Positions 52,365-63,500 are shown, counted from the stretch's first letter. The stretch: 64,000 bases of DNA from an uncultured delta proteobacterium (GCA_963726395.1 CAVSCG010000006.1:31303-95302), one strand, 5' to 3'. Numbers and translations are program-made. The notes: generated from the sequence alone by a model not told the origin.

Positions 52365-54233
52365 CTACCACACACTGGCTGCCTCTTGGCTTAAGCCGTA
52401 TGCACCAAGGGCCGCTTTGGAAGGTATCCCTTTCTCGGGGTCCATGTCCATGAGCTCGTAGAATTTTTCTTTCATTCCCGTAAAGTTGATTTCGACCCCT
52501 TCCGGTTCCCCGTCCCGCGCCGGCTCAAGCATCCGCGGCGTCAGTTCGTCGTCCTTGGCGGTAAGTCCATACCGGTAATTAATGAGTCGCTTGAGATAGT
52601 ATATCCGGCGTCCCGCTTTCATCATATCCGGAATTTCCCATTTGTAGCCGGGCACCGTGTTGAAGAGATCCAACCATTCAGGTATGGTGACTTCACGGTC
52701 GGCAAACTGACAGAAACAGGCGCTGTTTTCCAGTGCTCCCATTGCGATCGATATGACTGCAGCCTCGGGCTTGTTTTCATCCGTCTTGGGCTCGAGAACA
52801 AACTCGAAACCGATCTCGGGCCAGAAGCAGGCCCCCATCTCCACGAAAAGCATCGGATCGGCGACATGACATGCACCCCTCGCGCCCATGGCGTAAGTGA
52901 GGGCCATCCCGTGCCCGCCGCCGCGCGGGTCGTGCATCGGCGCCTCGAGCCTCTTGCTCTGGGTGGTGTAGCTAAGGGAATCCTTGCCGATTTTTTCAGC
53001 AGCCGCCACGCTCCCTTCGGCAAGGAGCGCGCCGAGTTTGCCTTCCCTTTTCGCCATCTTCGGAAGCACGACGTTGATGACTGTTTCCATATCACCCCAT
53101 TGGAGTTTGACTCCGTCGGTATCCGTTTCGGTGATATCTCCCCTTTCGAAAGCCTCCATTGCCCATGCGATGGTCACGCCCGATGATATGGTGTCCATAC
53201 CCATGTCATTGCAGATTTTATTCGCCTTGCATACAGCCGCAAGGTCCAGCGAACCAATCAGCGCGCCGTAGGAAACGATCGTCTCGTATTCGGGACCTGG
53301 GCCCTCGGGAATGGCCCAGGGACCTTCCTTGACCTCGACGACCCGCTTGCAGGCGATTCCGCAATAAGCGCAGGCGCTCCGTTTTGTCAGGTACTTCTCG
53401 CTGAGCGTGGACCCGGTAAGGGCATCAGCCATCCCTTCCCAGGAGTTCGATGTAAAGTTTTTGATGGGAACGTCGCCTGTGAACGCGCCGCCTTCGAGGT
53501 TGGCAGCTGTGCCATTTTCGTGCAGCAAGCTCGCGGCAAGTGAATCCTTCATCTTCGGGTTGAGCTCTTTCCTGAGCTTCTCATATTTCACCGGGTCGGC
53601 AAGATCCATCTCCTTTTTCTCAGCCTTGACCACTATGGCCTTGAGGTTTTTTGAGCCCATCACGGCGCCGAATCCGGTACGCCCGAAGACGTGGTGTCCT
53701 TCGTTCAGGATGGCCGCAAATTTCACGAGGTTTTCCCCTGCCGGGCCTATGACGACGGTGCGGTGAGTCTTGCCGTATTTCTTCTTCAACTCCTTGTTTA
53801 CTTCCTCTATTCCCTTGCCCCAGTATTCGGTGCCGTCCACAATGGCTATTTTATCATCCTCTATGAGGAGCACGGAAGGCCCGGGTGACTTCCCGGTTAT
53901 GACGATGCCGTCATAACCCGCGTATCGGAGCTCCGGGGCGAAAAACCCTCCGCAGGAGGAATCCGCCCAGTGCCCCGTGAGGGGCGAACGGCCCGCGACG
54001 CTGTTCCTGCTGGCGCCATTGAGCTTTAATCCCGAGAAGGGTCCGTTCATGAAGATGAGCATCGCCTCCGGAGAGAGGGCGTCCGCGTTGAAGTCGCCCT
54101 TTTCCCAGAAGTACTTTGCGGCAAGCCCGCTTCCCCCGACGTACTCCCTGTAGTTGTTCTCCGGCAGTATTTCGATGGAAACAGCGCCCACATTAAGGTC
54201 TACCCGTATTATCTTACCTGTATTGGCTTTCAT
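52365..54233 (-). CDS. Aldehyde:ferredoxin oxidoreductase family protein (W/Mo-pterin)
   Basis: SPLTG, GRTGFGAVMGSKNLKA, CAYCGIAC, GPEYET, DMGMDTIS, RGACH. Confidence 0.95.
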   Translation of the reverse strand: MKANTGKIIRVDLNVGAVSIEILPENNYREYVGGSGLAAKYFWEKGDFNADALSPEAMLIFMNGPFSGLKLNGASRNSVAGRSPLTGHWADSSCGGFFAPELRYAGYDGIVITGKSPGPSVLLIEDDKIAIVDGTEYWGKGIEEVNKELKKKYGKTHRTVVIGPAGENLVKFAAILNEGHHVFGRTGFGAVMGSKNLKAIVVKAEKKEMDLADPVKYEKLRKELNPKMKDSLAASLLHENGTAANLEGGAFTGDVPIKNFTSNSWEGMADALTGSTLSEKYLTKRSACAYCGIACKRVVEVKEGPWAIPEGPGPEYETIVSYGALIGSLDLAAVCKANKICNDMGMDTISSGVTIAWAMEAFERGDITETDTDGVKLQWGDMETVINVVLPKMAKREGKLGALLAEGSVAAAEKIGKDSLSYTTQSKRLEAPMHDPRGGGHGMALTYAMGARGACHVADPMLFVEMGACFWPEIGFEFVLEPKTDENKPEAAVISIAMGALENSACFCQFADREVTIPEWLDLFNTVPGYKWEIPDMMKAGRRIYYLKRLINYRYGLTAKDDELTPRMLEPARDGEPEGVEINFTGMKEKFYELMDMDPEKGIPSKAALGAYGLSQEAASVW

Positions 54234-54253
54234 AATTTACCTTATAATGTGTT

Positions 54254-54673
54254 CTATTTCATTATCTTATCAGCCCAACCCAGATCGGTGAGAGCCTTCT
54301 CATAGATCACCGCCACCTTTTTCAGCTTAGGCGCCAATTTCAACAAGCCCACCGCGGAGCCTTTCACACGTATCTTCTTCCGCGTGATGGCCATGACGGG
54401 GTTGAGCTTGTTCGACCAAGACCTGTGGGCGTCATCGGCGGAAAGACTCATGGTCAGATCGGGTTCTTCCGAAGGTTTACCTTGACTGACCTTGTAGTTG
54501 CCATTGCGGCAGTCCACCCAGATGGAGCAATCGGGGCCAGATTCGGTGTAATCGAAGAGTATGAGCTGATTGACCTTCCGGAGCCCTTCGCTCAGTTCGG
54601 GATCTTTCCCACAATCTTCAAAAAGTCTTACAACGGCCGTGACGCATTCATTCGAATCTTTCCAGTATTCCAT
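54254..54673 (-). CDS. SCP2 sterol/lipid-binding domain protein
   Basis: PDLTMSLSADD...LNPVMAI...KIRVKG...LLKL. Confidence 0.85.
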   Translation of the reverse strand: MEYWKDSNECVTAVVRLFEDCGKDPELSEGLRKVNQLILFDYTESGPDCSIWVDCRNGNYKVSQGKPSEEPDLTMSLSADDAHRSWSNKLNPVMAITRKKIRVKGSAVGLLKLAPKLKKVAVIYEKALTDLGWADKIMK

Positions 54674-54692
54674 GTTATTCTCCTTTCGTTTG

Positions 54693-55889
54693 TTATATTG
54701 CTTTCATATAAAGTTTCAAAATATCTTCATCTTCTAAGTAGTGTGGATTGTAACTAACCTGGCCGTCCGCCGCCGCCAGTTCCACCAGCGACTTCAGCTT
54801 TTCCGGGTCATTGGGAACCTTGAAATCCTTCAGCGTGTCGGTGAGGCCGATCTTCTTTTTAAGGCTGATAACGGCCTTTACCGCCATCTTCGCGGCTTCC
54901 GCCGGCTTCTTGTCCTTCACATCGAGCCCCATGGCGTCCGCAATCATCATGTATCGTTCCGGAACATCAGATGCGTTGAAATCCATCACGACGGGAAGCA
55001 TGATGGCGTTGGCGAGCCCGTGTGGAATTCCATAGAGGGCACCCAAGGAGTGGGCCGTTGCATGAACCCCGCCGGTCATGGTATTAACAAAGCACATCCC
55101 GGCAATGCTGCTCGCTAGGAGCATGTGACCCCGGGCTGTAATGTCCTCCGGGTTCTTGACGGCGATAGGAAGATACTTGAAGATGAGACGTATGGCATGG
55201 AGCCCCAGTGCGTCGGCAATGGGCTCGGCCCCCGTGGAGGTTATTCCTTCAATCGCGTGGGTCAGTGCGTCCATCCCTGTGAAGGCCGTAATCTTCGCTG
55301 GTAGTTTGATGGTAAGCTCCGGGTCCAGCATGGCGATGTCGCAGTTGCAGTAAGGATGAGTAACCTGGAGCTTGGCGTGCACCGCGACATCCAGAACGAC
55401 CATGGCGTTTGTAATTTCGCAACCCGTCCCCGCCGTTGTCGGAAAGGCGATGTGGGGGGGAAGAGGCTTCGCCCCTTCCCAAAGGGCGGCCTGCGCGGCT
55501 AATGGGGCAAAGTCATCTTCACCACCGCTGATCATGATGTTTACCGCCTTCGCGGTATCCATGACGCTGCCTCCCCCTACCGCGATCATGCAATCGGCGC
55601 CGCATTTCCTGTAAAAGGCGGCACCCGCGTTGATGATGTCGATTCTCGCGTCCTGAATAATAGAGTCGAAGACTCCGGCCAGTTCGAGATCCGACTTCCT
55701 CACTTCCTCTGCTACCATTTCAACGATGCCGGCCGCAACCAGGCCCTTGTCGGTGAAAATGACAGCTCTTTTACCACCCAATTGCGCCATCTCATATCCC
55801 ACCTCTGACCTGAGTCCAGGGGAATACATAATCCTCGGCCTGTTGACCCAGCTAAATAATGGTTCAAATGTAATGTTCGGATACTTCAT
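54693..55889 (-). CDS. Iron-containing alcohol dehydrogenase
   Basis: GGGSVMD, PTTAGTG, MDALTHAIEG, HATAH, IPHG. Confidence 0.94.
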   Translation of the reverse strand: MKYPNITFEPLFSWVNRPRIMYSPGLRSEVGYEMAQLGGKRAVIFTDKGLVAAGIVEMVAEEVRKSDLELAGVFDSIIQDARIDIINAGAAFYRKCGADCMIAVGGGSVMDTAKAVNIMISGGEDDFAPLAAQAALWEGAKPLPPHIAFPTTAGTGCEITNAMVVLDVAVHAKLQVTHPYCNCDIAMLDPELTIKLPAKITAFTGMDALTHAIEGITSTGAEPIADALGLHAIRLIFKYLPIAVKNPEDITARGHMLLASSIAGMCFVNTMTGGVHATAHSLGALYGIPHGLANAIMLPVVMDFNASDVPERYMMIADAMGLDVKDKKPAEAAKMAVKAVISLKKKIGLTDTLKDFKVPNDPEKLKSLVELAAADGQVSYNPHYLEDEDILKLYMKAI

Positions 55890-56085
55890 GCCACGCCCCC
55901 TTTTGTTAGTTTTTTATTTTTTTTAAATTTGGATTTAAATTAACATTGTTGTCGAAATTTGTACTTAATTTATATTAAAAAATAATTATTATCAACTTTT
56001 AAAATCATTTAAAATCATCTTTTTTTATTGTCAAGTCAAAAATGGATTGGACTGTGAGAATTTCAGTCTTACAGGTCAGGTTAAT

Positions 56086-56202
56086 ATGTGTCATATAACT
56101 CTTGCCATGACGACGCGGTATGCTCACCTAATGCCAGAGCACGAGAGACAGGCAACAATGATGCTTTTGATGGCAACCAACAGAGGCGTCCCGGAATCTT
56201 GA
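56086..56202 (+). pseudogene. Tyrosine recombinase/integrase C-terminal remnant
   Basis: Translates MCHITLAMTTRYAHLMPEHERQA, matching box II (M/L)GH...MT.RYAHL. Confidence 0.75.
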
Positions 56203-56369
56203 AATATAAAATGACTGAATTCAAACTTGACATGTGGTACAGGTGTTGCGCAGATCCTGAGCATTTTTTCACATCGGCTGGCGCTAATATAAGAATATCG
56301 TCAACCAGCAGTTAACAAAATACAGACCTCAACGGAAATCCTCCGTATATGGTCAAAAGGTAAATAGGA

Positions 56370-57137
56370 ATGGAGATCAAAGGACTGTCCGGATTGCCAG
56401 CCAAGGAAATTGACACGCTGCTATTCGACCTTGATGGAACAATCATAGACATAAGCAAGAAGGCAGAGATTCTCTTTTATGTTCGTGTATTTCAACGATT
56501 CAAAAGTTATTTCAATCCCATTTCCTTCTATTTTTCGTTCTGGAAATCCATGCGTCACATGCGGGCAAACAATACGGAACGTTCCAACTACGATGTGTTC
56601 ATTGAAAAAATGGCCCAGTTCGGGCGGACCACACCGCAGGTTATTGATTCGCTTGCATCTGAAATGGTAGAAAAAGATTTTCAATCTCTTGGTGACTTCT
56701 TTAAGCCAGTGCTTGGTGCACGCGAAGCCATTGTCCTTGCGAATGAACTGGGATACCGACTGGTACTGGCCACTAATCCCGTCTTCCCGAGAAAAACTGT
56801 CTTATACAGGATGGAATGGGCCGGACTGATGCCCGACGACTTCCTGTTCATCACCAGTTCTGAGGACATGAACCGGTGCAAACCCAGCGTTGAATTTTAT
56901 GAGAGACTTCTTACACGTCTGGATCTAAAACCTGAACAATGCCTGATGATCGGCAATAATCCGGCCGATGACCTTCCGGCCCATGACATCGGAATCCGGA
57001 CCTTTCTTGTGGAAACACTTCTTTCCACAAAAATAGTCCGGAAAAGCATCACAGATAAACGGCTCGATGCTCGAGGCACCTATCCGGATTTGATCAACTG
57101 GATGAAAAAAAGAATATTGTTGGCCAAAGTGTCTTGA
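56370..57137 (+). CDS. HAD family hydrolase
   Basis: FDLDGT, LATNP, KP, MIGN...D. Confidence 0.9.
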   Translation: MEIKGLSGLPAKEIDTLLFDLDGTIIDISKKAEILFYVRVFQRFKSYFNPISFYFSFWKSMRHMRANNTERSNYDVFIEKMAQFGRTTPQVIDSLASEMVEKDFQSLGDFFKPVLGAREAIVLANELGYRLVLATNPVFPRKTVLYRMEWAGLMPDDFLFITSSEDMNRCKPSVEFYERLLTRLDLKPEQCLMIGNNPADDLPAHDIGIRTFLVETLLSTKIVRKSITDKRLDARGTYPDLINWMKKRILLAKVS

Positions 57138-57186
57138 CATGCAAAACTTAAACTTTTATTCTTTCTCCAGTAAATAAGGAGTCCCC

Positions 57187-59853
57187 ATGAAAACACAATA
57201 CCTAATGGCAATTGATGTGGGAGGAGGCTCTGGACGCTGTCTCCTGCTGGATCCCGAAACCGGAGCAATCAAGACGGCAAAACGAAACTGGACCCATCCC
57301 GCCGCACCCGGCACCAGTGGTCTCGGGTACTCTATTGACACCAACGACATCCTGAAAAAACTCGGTGATGCGTCCCGCGAGGTCCTCGCCAAGGCAGGGG
57401 CCACCCCAAGTCAGATTGCCGGCATTGCGGCAAGCGGTATGCGCAATACGATTGTTGTCCTGGATGCTCAAGGCGACATCCTGCTGGCAACCCCCAATCG
57501 GGATGCCCGGGCTCTGGGCGAAGGCATGGTGCTGGGGGCTGAACGAGGAAAAGAATTTCACACCGTCACAGGCCATTGGCCAACCCCATTGTTCCTCGGC
57601 ACGCGTCTGATCTGGATGAAAAACAACACCCCTGATCTTTTTAAACGCGCGTCCGTCGCCTTATCGGTCACCGACTGGATAGCCTTTCTTCTGTCAGGGA
57701 AAATGGTCTCCGAATGCTCCCAGGCGGGCGAATCACTCCTTTTTGACCTGAAACGACGCCAGTGGGCTTTTGATCTCATCGATTCCCTCGGGTTTCCCCG
57801 ATCACTCTTTCCCATGCCGGTGGACTCCGGCGCTCGCCTCGGACCACTTACAAAACAAGCGGCCGACCTCCTGGGCCTTGTCCCCGGTATACCCGTGGCT
57901 GCAGGTGGAGCGGATACCCAGTGCGGCCTCTTGGGTGCTGGTGCTATAAAAGACGGCGACGTTGCCGTCATCGCCGGCACGACCATGCCACTGCAGCTGG
58001 TGACCGATAAACTGATCCTGGATGAATCCGGCAGGCTCTGGAGCGGACAGCATGTCGTGCCGGGCCAATTCATTCTCGAGAGCAACGGGATGGTGACCGG
58101 TGACGTCATCGACTGGTTTGCCCGACTTCTATATCCGGATTCCCCCGATGCGACCCTGAGCCTCTTTGCTGAGGCAGCAACATCTCTTCCGGGGGCCGCT
58201 AACGTCTATTCCACTTTTGGATCTGCGATATTCGACGGAAGGGGCGTCGGCCTACCGATCGGCAACCTCACGCTTTCCCACATGATCACGGGTGACGCCT
58301 CCAAGAGTCGCAGGCACATCGCCCGTGCTCTCGTTGAAGGAATCGCCTTCTCCGTCCGCGCCAACCTCGAACAGATCATCTCCGTCTCCGGCAAAAAAAT
58401 CCTTACCGTAAGGGTAGCCGGCGGCATGTCCAAAAGTTCACTCTTCACCCAGACTGTCTCTGACGTGACAGGATGCACGGTCCTCGTCCCTTCCAACGCT
58501 GAAGTTACATCTGTTGGAGCAGCCGTGCTCGCGGGTGTCGGGGCAGGAATATTCACCGATCCTTCCTCCGGGGCCAAAAAAGTAGCCACAGCTTTGAATG
58601 AACATCGACCTGATGTAAGAGCAGCAAAATACCAAAACCTCTATACCGGCTGGCGTCAGGCCTTCGACAAACGCGTCGAGACCGATACTCATGTCGGCAA
58701 TCTTCTAACCGCTGCGCTCTTCGAGCCTTCGCCCACAGCGGGCAGGGCAGCCGATCCGTCCTTTTCACCGAATATTTTTATCACCGCCTCTATGGATCAG
58801 ACAGCGATTAACGAATTTGAAGAAATCGGTCATGTGGTTTATGCCGGATGGCGGGAGAAGATGAAGATATACGACGGCGCCGCAGACCTGATCGAGGCAC
58901 TTTCCGGTGTGCAAATATTCGTCACCGAAATGGACGTGGTGGATTTTCCGGCCATCCGCGAGGCGCGAGATCTGCGAGCGATCGTCACCTGCAGGGGAAA
59001 CGCTGTCAACGTTGATCTGTCAACCGCCACCGCTTACGGCATCCCCGTCATCAATACTCCCGGAAGGAATGCCGATGCCGTCGCGGACTTGACCGTCGCC
59101 TTCATGGTGATGCTTGCCCGTAAAATGCCCGGTTCCTTCGACTTCCTTAAACACGACCAAATAAAATCGGGTGACATGGCCAAGATGGGAGAGGCCTATC
59201 TGAAATACCAGGGCAAAGAACTCTGGAGAAAGACCGTCGGGCTGGTGGGGATGGGCAACGTCGGCGCTTGTGTTGCCGCAAGGCTGTCCCGCTTCGGGAC
59301 CAGGGTTATCTTCTACGACCCGATGATAACCGCCGAGGCCGGTTCTCTGCTTTTGGCCCGGAAGGTATCCCTCGCTGAATTGCTGGCCATAAGCGATTTT
59401 GTGAGTCTTCATGCTCCTGCGATTGAGGCTACTAGAGGGATGATGAACCGTGAAGCCTTCGATCAAATGAAACCGGGAGCTTTCTTCATCAACACCGCCA
59501 GGGCATCCCTTGTGGATGAAACAGCCATTTTGTGGGCACTGACAACAGGCAAGATTGCCGGGGCCGGTTTGGATGTTTTCTCAACCGAGCCCCCGGGAAC
59601 GGACGACCCCATCGTCTCTCATCCCAACGTTATCGCCACCCCGCACCTGGGTGGAAACACAACCGAGATCGCGGCACATCAGGGAGCCATCGCTATCGGC
59701 CAGATCAAAAAACTTCTGGCAGGAGAGCGGCCGGACTATATCCTGAATCCCGAAGTCCTGGACACTTTCAGCTGGTTAGGTCCACGCCCTGAGCTGGACG
59801 AAAAGAAACTAGAGGAGCTTTCCAAAAACAAGCGGCCTTCCATCACGTCATAG
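57187..59853 (+). CDS. FGGY-family (LsrK/xylulokinase-like) kinase fused to a D-2-hydroxyacid dehydrogenase
   Basis: AIDVGGGSGR, DAR, GGADTQ, AGG.SKS; C-terminal GMGNVG, INTAR, LDVF..EP, TPHLGG. Confidence 0.88.
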   Translation: MKTQYLMAIDVGGGSGRCLLLDPETGAIKTAKRNWTHPAAPGTSGLGYSIDTNDILKKLGDASREVLAKAGATPSQIAGIAASGMRNTIVVLDAQGDILLATPNRDARALGEGMVLGAERGKEFHTVTGHWPTPLFLGTRLIWMKNNTPDLFKRASVALSVTDWIAFLLSGKMVSECSQAGESLLFDLKRRQWAFDLIDSLGFPRSLFPMPVDSGARLGPLTKQAADLLGLVPGIPVAAGGADTQCGLLGAGAIKDGDVAVIAGTTMPLQLVTDKLILDESGRLWSGQHVVPGQFILESNGMVTGDVIDWFARLLYPDSPDATLSLFAEAATSLPGAANVYSTFGSAIFDGRGVGLPIGNLTLSHMITGDASKSRRHIARALVEGIAFSVRANLEQIISVSGKKILTVRVAGGMSKSSLFTQTVSDVTGCTVLVPSNAEVTSVGAAVLAGVGAGIFTDPSSGAKKVATALNEHRPDVRAAKYQNLYTGWRQAFDKRVETDTHVGNLLTAALFEPSPTAGRAADPSFSPNIFITASMDQTAINEFEEIGHVVYAGWREKMKIYDGAADLIEALSGVQIFVTEMDVVDFPAIREARDLRAIVTCRGNAVNVDLSTATAYGIPVINTPGRNADAVADLTVAFMVMLARKMPGSFDFLKHDQIKSGDMAKMGEAYLKYQGKELWRKTVGLVGMGNVGACVAARLSRFGTRVIFYDPMITAEAGSLLLARKVSLAELLAISDFVSLHAPAIEATRGMMNREAFDQMKPGAFFINTARASLVDETAILWALTTGKIAGAGLDVFSTEPPGTDDPIVSHPNVIATPHLGGNTTEIAAHQGAIAIGQIKKLLAGERPDYILNPEVLDTFSWLGPRPELDEKKLEELSKNKRPSITS

Positions 59854-60115
59854 CGTCACAGAAGAAAAACAAGACCTCCATGTCCAATGCAGGTAAGGGT
59901 GCAAAGCTTGAGGGAACATGAAGAAAGTGAAACCAAAAGAAAGAGGATGAAGAAATAATACAACCTTTATTTGCTGCGCTTTTTTGTTGGAAAAGTATTA
60001 TTCTGTATCGAACGCTGAGGTGGATTATCTTTTTTCTCCCGTAGAAGCCGAGAAATGTCTTTTTGCCTATGGGTATTTTTTTGATTAACCATGAAAGTTG
60101 AACCTCAAGTGATTA

Positions 60116-60406
60116 CTAAACGCATTCTTCCAATGGAAACGTAAAAGCCCGCAATCCGGCTCGCGGTTGCTCTGTTTTCAGTTTTCGCACCAACTCTACA
60201 AGTCGCCCAATTTCATTGTCCGGCACACCCAGCAAAAGAGTGTTGTTCCTACCGGGCCAGAAATGCGTATCAAGCTTTGGTTCGCTTTCTTCGCCTTCAC
60301 CTGTAGCACCGTGCATTTTTGTATAAGACTTATACCCGGCTTTCTTAAAGGCCTCTGTGACACTTTCATCGGAGGCCTCGGCGTAAACAACAAAAAACAT
60401 CTTCAT
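60116..60406 (-). CDS. Small P-II-like, transporter-associated protein (PG0541-like)
   Basis: YTK...ATGEG..SEPKL.TH.WPG.N; located at the end of the RND operon. Confidence 0.7.
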   Translation of the reverse strand: MKMFFVVYAEASDESVTEAFKKAGYKSYTKMHGATGEGEESEPKLDTHFWPGRNNTLLLGVPDNEIGRLVELVRKLKTEQPRAGLRAFTFPLEECV

Positions 60407-60535
60407 TCAGTCACCTCTCTGCCTGTCAATATTTTATTTGTGAAACTCCAATTCCGAAAGTGGAGCGTATCGGAATTGGTAAGTTGAACAATCTCGCAAA
60501 GCGGAGGGTATGAATTACGCAGCAAGCTGCGGAAT

Positions 60536-63500
60536 TCATACCCGTGGTTTTTCTGCAAGTTTTTCTTTTCTGCTTTTTCTGTTTTTGAATTTTTCCTGCC
60601 AGTCGTCGAAAATATCATAGGCGGACGGAACAACGATTAATGTCAAGACTAGAGATGTTAAGAGCCCGCCAATCACTGATATACCCATCGGAGAGCGCGT
60701 TTCCGCACCCTCTCCCACACCCAGAGCAATCGGCAACATACCGAAAACCATGGCAAAAGTCGTCATGAGAATAGGCCGCATCCGGACAGGTCCCGCCTGG
60801 AGTATTGCTTCACGGCGTGACATTCCCCTGCCTCGTAAAACATTGGTATAGTCCACGAGTAAAATGGCGTTTTTCTTCACCAACCCCATGAGAAGAATCA
60901 GACCGATAAAACTGAAAATGTTAAGCGTCTTGCCCGCGACAAACAAGGCACCGAACGCGCCGATAAAAGACAGTGGCAGGGAAAGTAGAACCGTGATGGG
61001 ATGAACAAAGCTTTCAAATTGCGCCGCCAGAATCATATAAGCCATTATAATACCAAGCATCAAGGCAAAAAGCAGATAGCCGAAGGACTCCTTCATCGTA
61101 TCCGCCATGCCCTGATATTTGGGCAAATAATCGGATGGAAGAATTTTACCGGCAATGGAATCCAGTTCGTCTTTTGCCTGGCCCAGAGGTTTTCCTTCCA
61201 GAGAAGCAAATACGGTAATGGCTCTTTGCCGGTCAACGCGGTTGATGACGCTGGGGCCGGTACCCTCCTCCACCTTGACCACATTGGCCAGTTCAACGAG
61301 TTTCCCATCGCGGGCGCGCACGGCAATTCTCTGCATCCCGCCGACGCTTTCCCGATCCTCTGGATTCAATCGAACCCTGAGATCATAACGCTTTCCTTTT
61401 TGTTCGTCTTTATAACGAGCAATATCCAGTTCCCCGCTGATCAGTAGATTAATGGCCTCGGCAACGGTGGCCACATCTACACCCAAATTGGCTGCCCGGT
61501 CACGATCAATGTAAACCTTGAATTCCGGTTTGCCGACTTCCAGAGATGTATCCACATCCACGATTCCCGGCAGCTTGGAAAACTCAGCTGTTATTTGTTT
61601 TGAGTACTTTTGTAACGCGGCAAGGTCCTGTCCACGAATACTATATTGAATCGGCACATTCCTGATCCCGCCTCCGATAACCGAAATATCTTCAGCAGAT
61701 ACTTTTAATCCCGGAATTTGCCGTAACTTTGTTCGTGCTATTTTTTTTAGATCTTCCTGACTTTTTTTGCGCTCCTTTTTTGGTTTCAGGTTGATCATCA
61801 TCAGAGCGCGATTGGCATATCCCCCGTATCCCTGAACATAAAAGACAGATTTGACTTCCGGTATTTCCTGCATCATGGCTTCTGTTTTTCCAAAATATTT
61901 TTCGACCTGATCCACGGAATAATCAATCGGGGCTTCCATTCTAACCAGAAAGACGCCCTGATCTTCAGGCGGTGTGAATTCCTTCCCTATAAATGTCGTA
62001 AGTCCAAGACTAAGAAGAAATATGATCAAGGCAGCCAAAAGCACCGTTTTGCGGTAACCCAGGGTAAATTCCAGAGCCACCCGATAAAACGATTCCAGTT
62101 TTGCATAATAATGCTCCATTCGATCACTGATTCTGGTCCAGATCGGTTTTTTTGCCGTTTCCGTTGCCGTTCACACCCGCGGCCAGAGGGTTGGGAATGG
62201 ATTTTTTATGCGATTTAAGAAAGATCGACGCCATCATGGGTGTTAAGGTAAAGGAAACAAGCAACGAAACCAGAATAGCGAAAATAATCGTCAATGCAAA
62301 CTGAAGGAAAAATCGGCCGATAATCCCTTTCATGAAAGCGACGGGTAGAAAGATGCCCACAATGGCAAACGTCGTCGCCATGACGGCCAGACCAATTTCC
62401 GAGGTGGCAAAGGTTGCCGCTTCACGCGGCTCCATGCCCTCTTCTATGTGACGGTAAATATTTTCAATGACAATAATCGCGTCATCAATCAGCAAACCCA
62501 CCGAAAGCGACAACGCCAGCATCGTCATGTTGTTAAACGTAAAGCCGAAAGCGTTAATCAGCGCGAAGGTGGAGATGACGGAAACAGGCAGAGCCACCGC
62601 GCTGATGAGTGTCGTGCGTATATTTTTAAGAAAAATAAAAACTGCCAGAATGGCAAAAAGACTGCCGATGATTAAATGGAATTGCACTTCGTCAATTGAA
62701 CGAACAATAAAAAGTGACTGATCTACGGCAGTATTGACTTTCATTCCGGGAGGCAGTGTTTTGTTGATTCTTTCCACTTCTTTTTTAACGCGGTTGGCCA
62801 CTTCTACCGTATTGGTTCCCGACTGTTTCTGAATAGCCATGCCGACAGCCGGAACCCTGTTGAAACGCGACAGGGATCTTTTTTCTTCCATCCCGTCTTC
62901 CGCCCGGCCAATATCCCGGACACGAACCGGCGCGCCTTTGTAATAACTGATGATCAGGTCATTAAATTCCGGAATCCGGGCGAATTCTCCTTTAATCCGG
63001 ACCGTGTATTCCTTGGTTTTCGTTTCAATGCGACCACCCGGTAACTCAATATTTTCACGTTTCAGGGCCAAGACCACATCGCTTGGAGATACCTGATAGG
63101 CCTGCATCTTAGCGGCATCCAGCCAGATGCGCACCTGCCGCAGACGCAGCCCATAGAAAATAACGTCACCGACGCCGTTGATGCGCTGCAGTTGTTCTTT
63201 GAGCACTTCATCGGCATACATTGACAAATCGCGAACGGAACGGTTTCCGGAAAGATTCAGAAATAAAATCGGTGACGCATCGGGATCAACCTTGGCAATC
63301 TTGGGCTCATCAATATCAGCAGGCAATTTGTTTCGAATCCCGGATACTTTTTCGCGCACATCCTGAACGGCCTGGTCAATATCTCGCTCCAGAACGAATT
63401 CGATGGTCGTACGCGACATGCTTTCGTAGCTCGTTGATGTAATGCTCTTGACGCCATTGATGGTATTGACAGCACCTTCAATTCGGTCGGTTACATCTAC

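Noticed and set aside
56081-56315. Listed 63-aa and 75-aa ORFs
   Set aside because: Neither resembles a protein family; the informative frame is the integrase remnant
59854-60115. Search for the island's right attachment site
   Set aside because: No copy of the tRNA-Glu 3' end found by eye; the right boundary remains undefined
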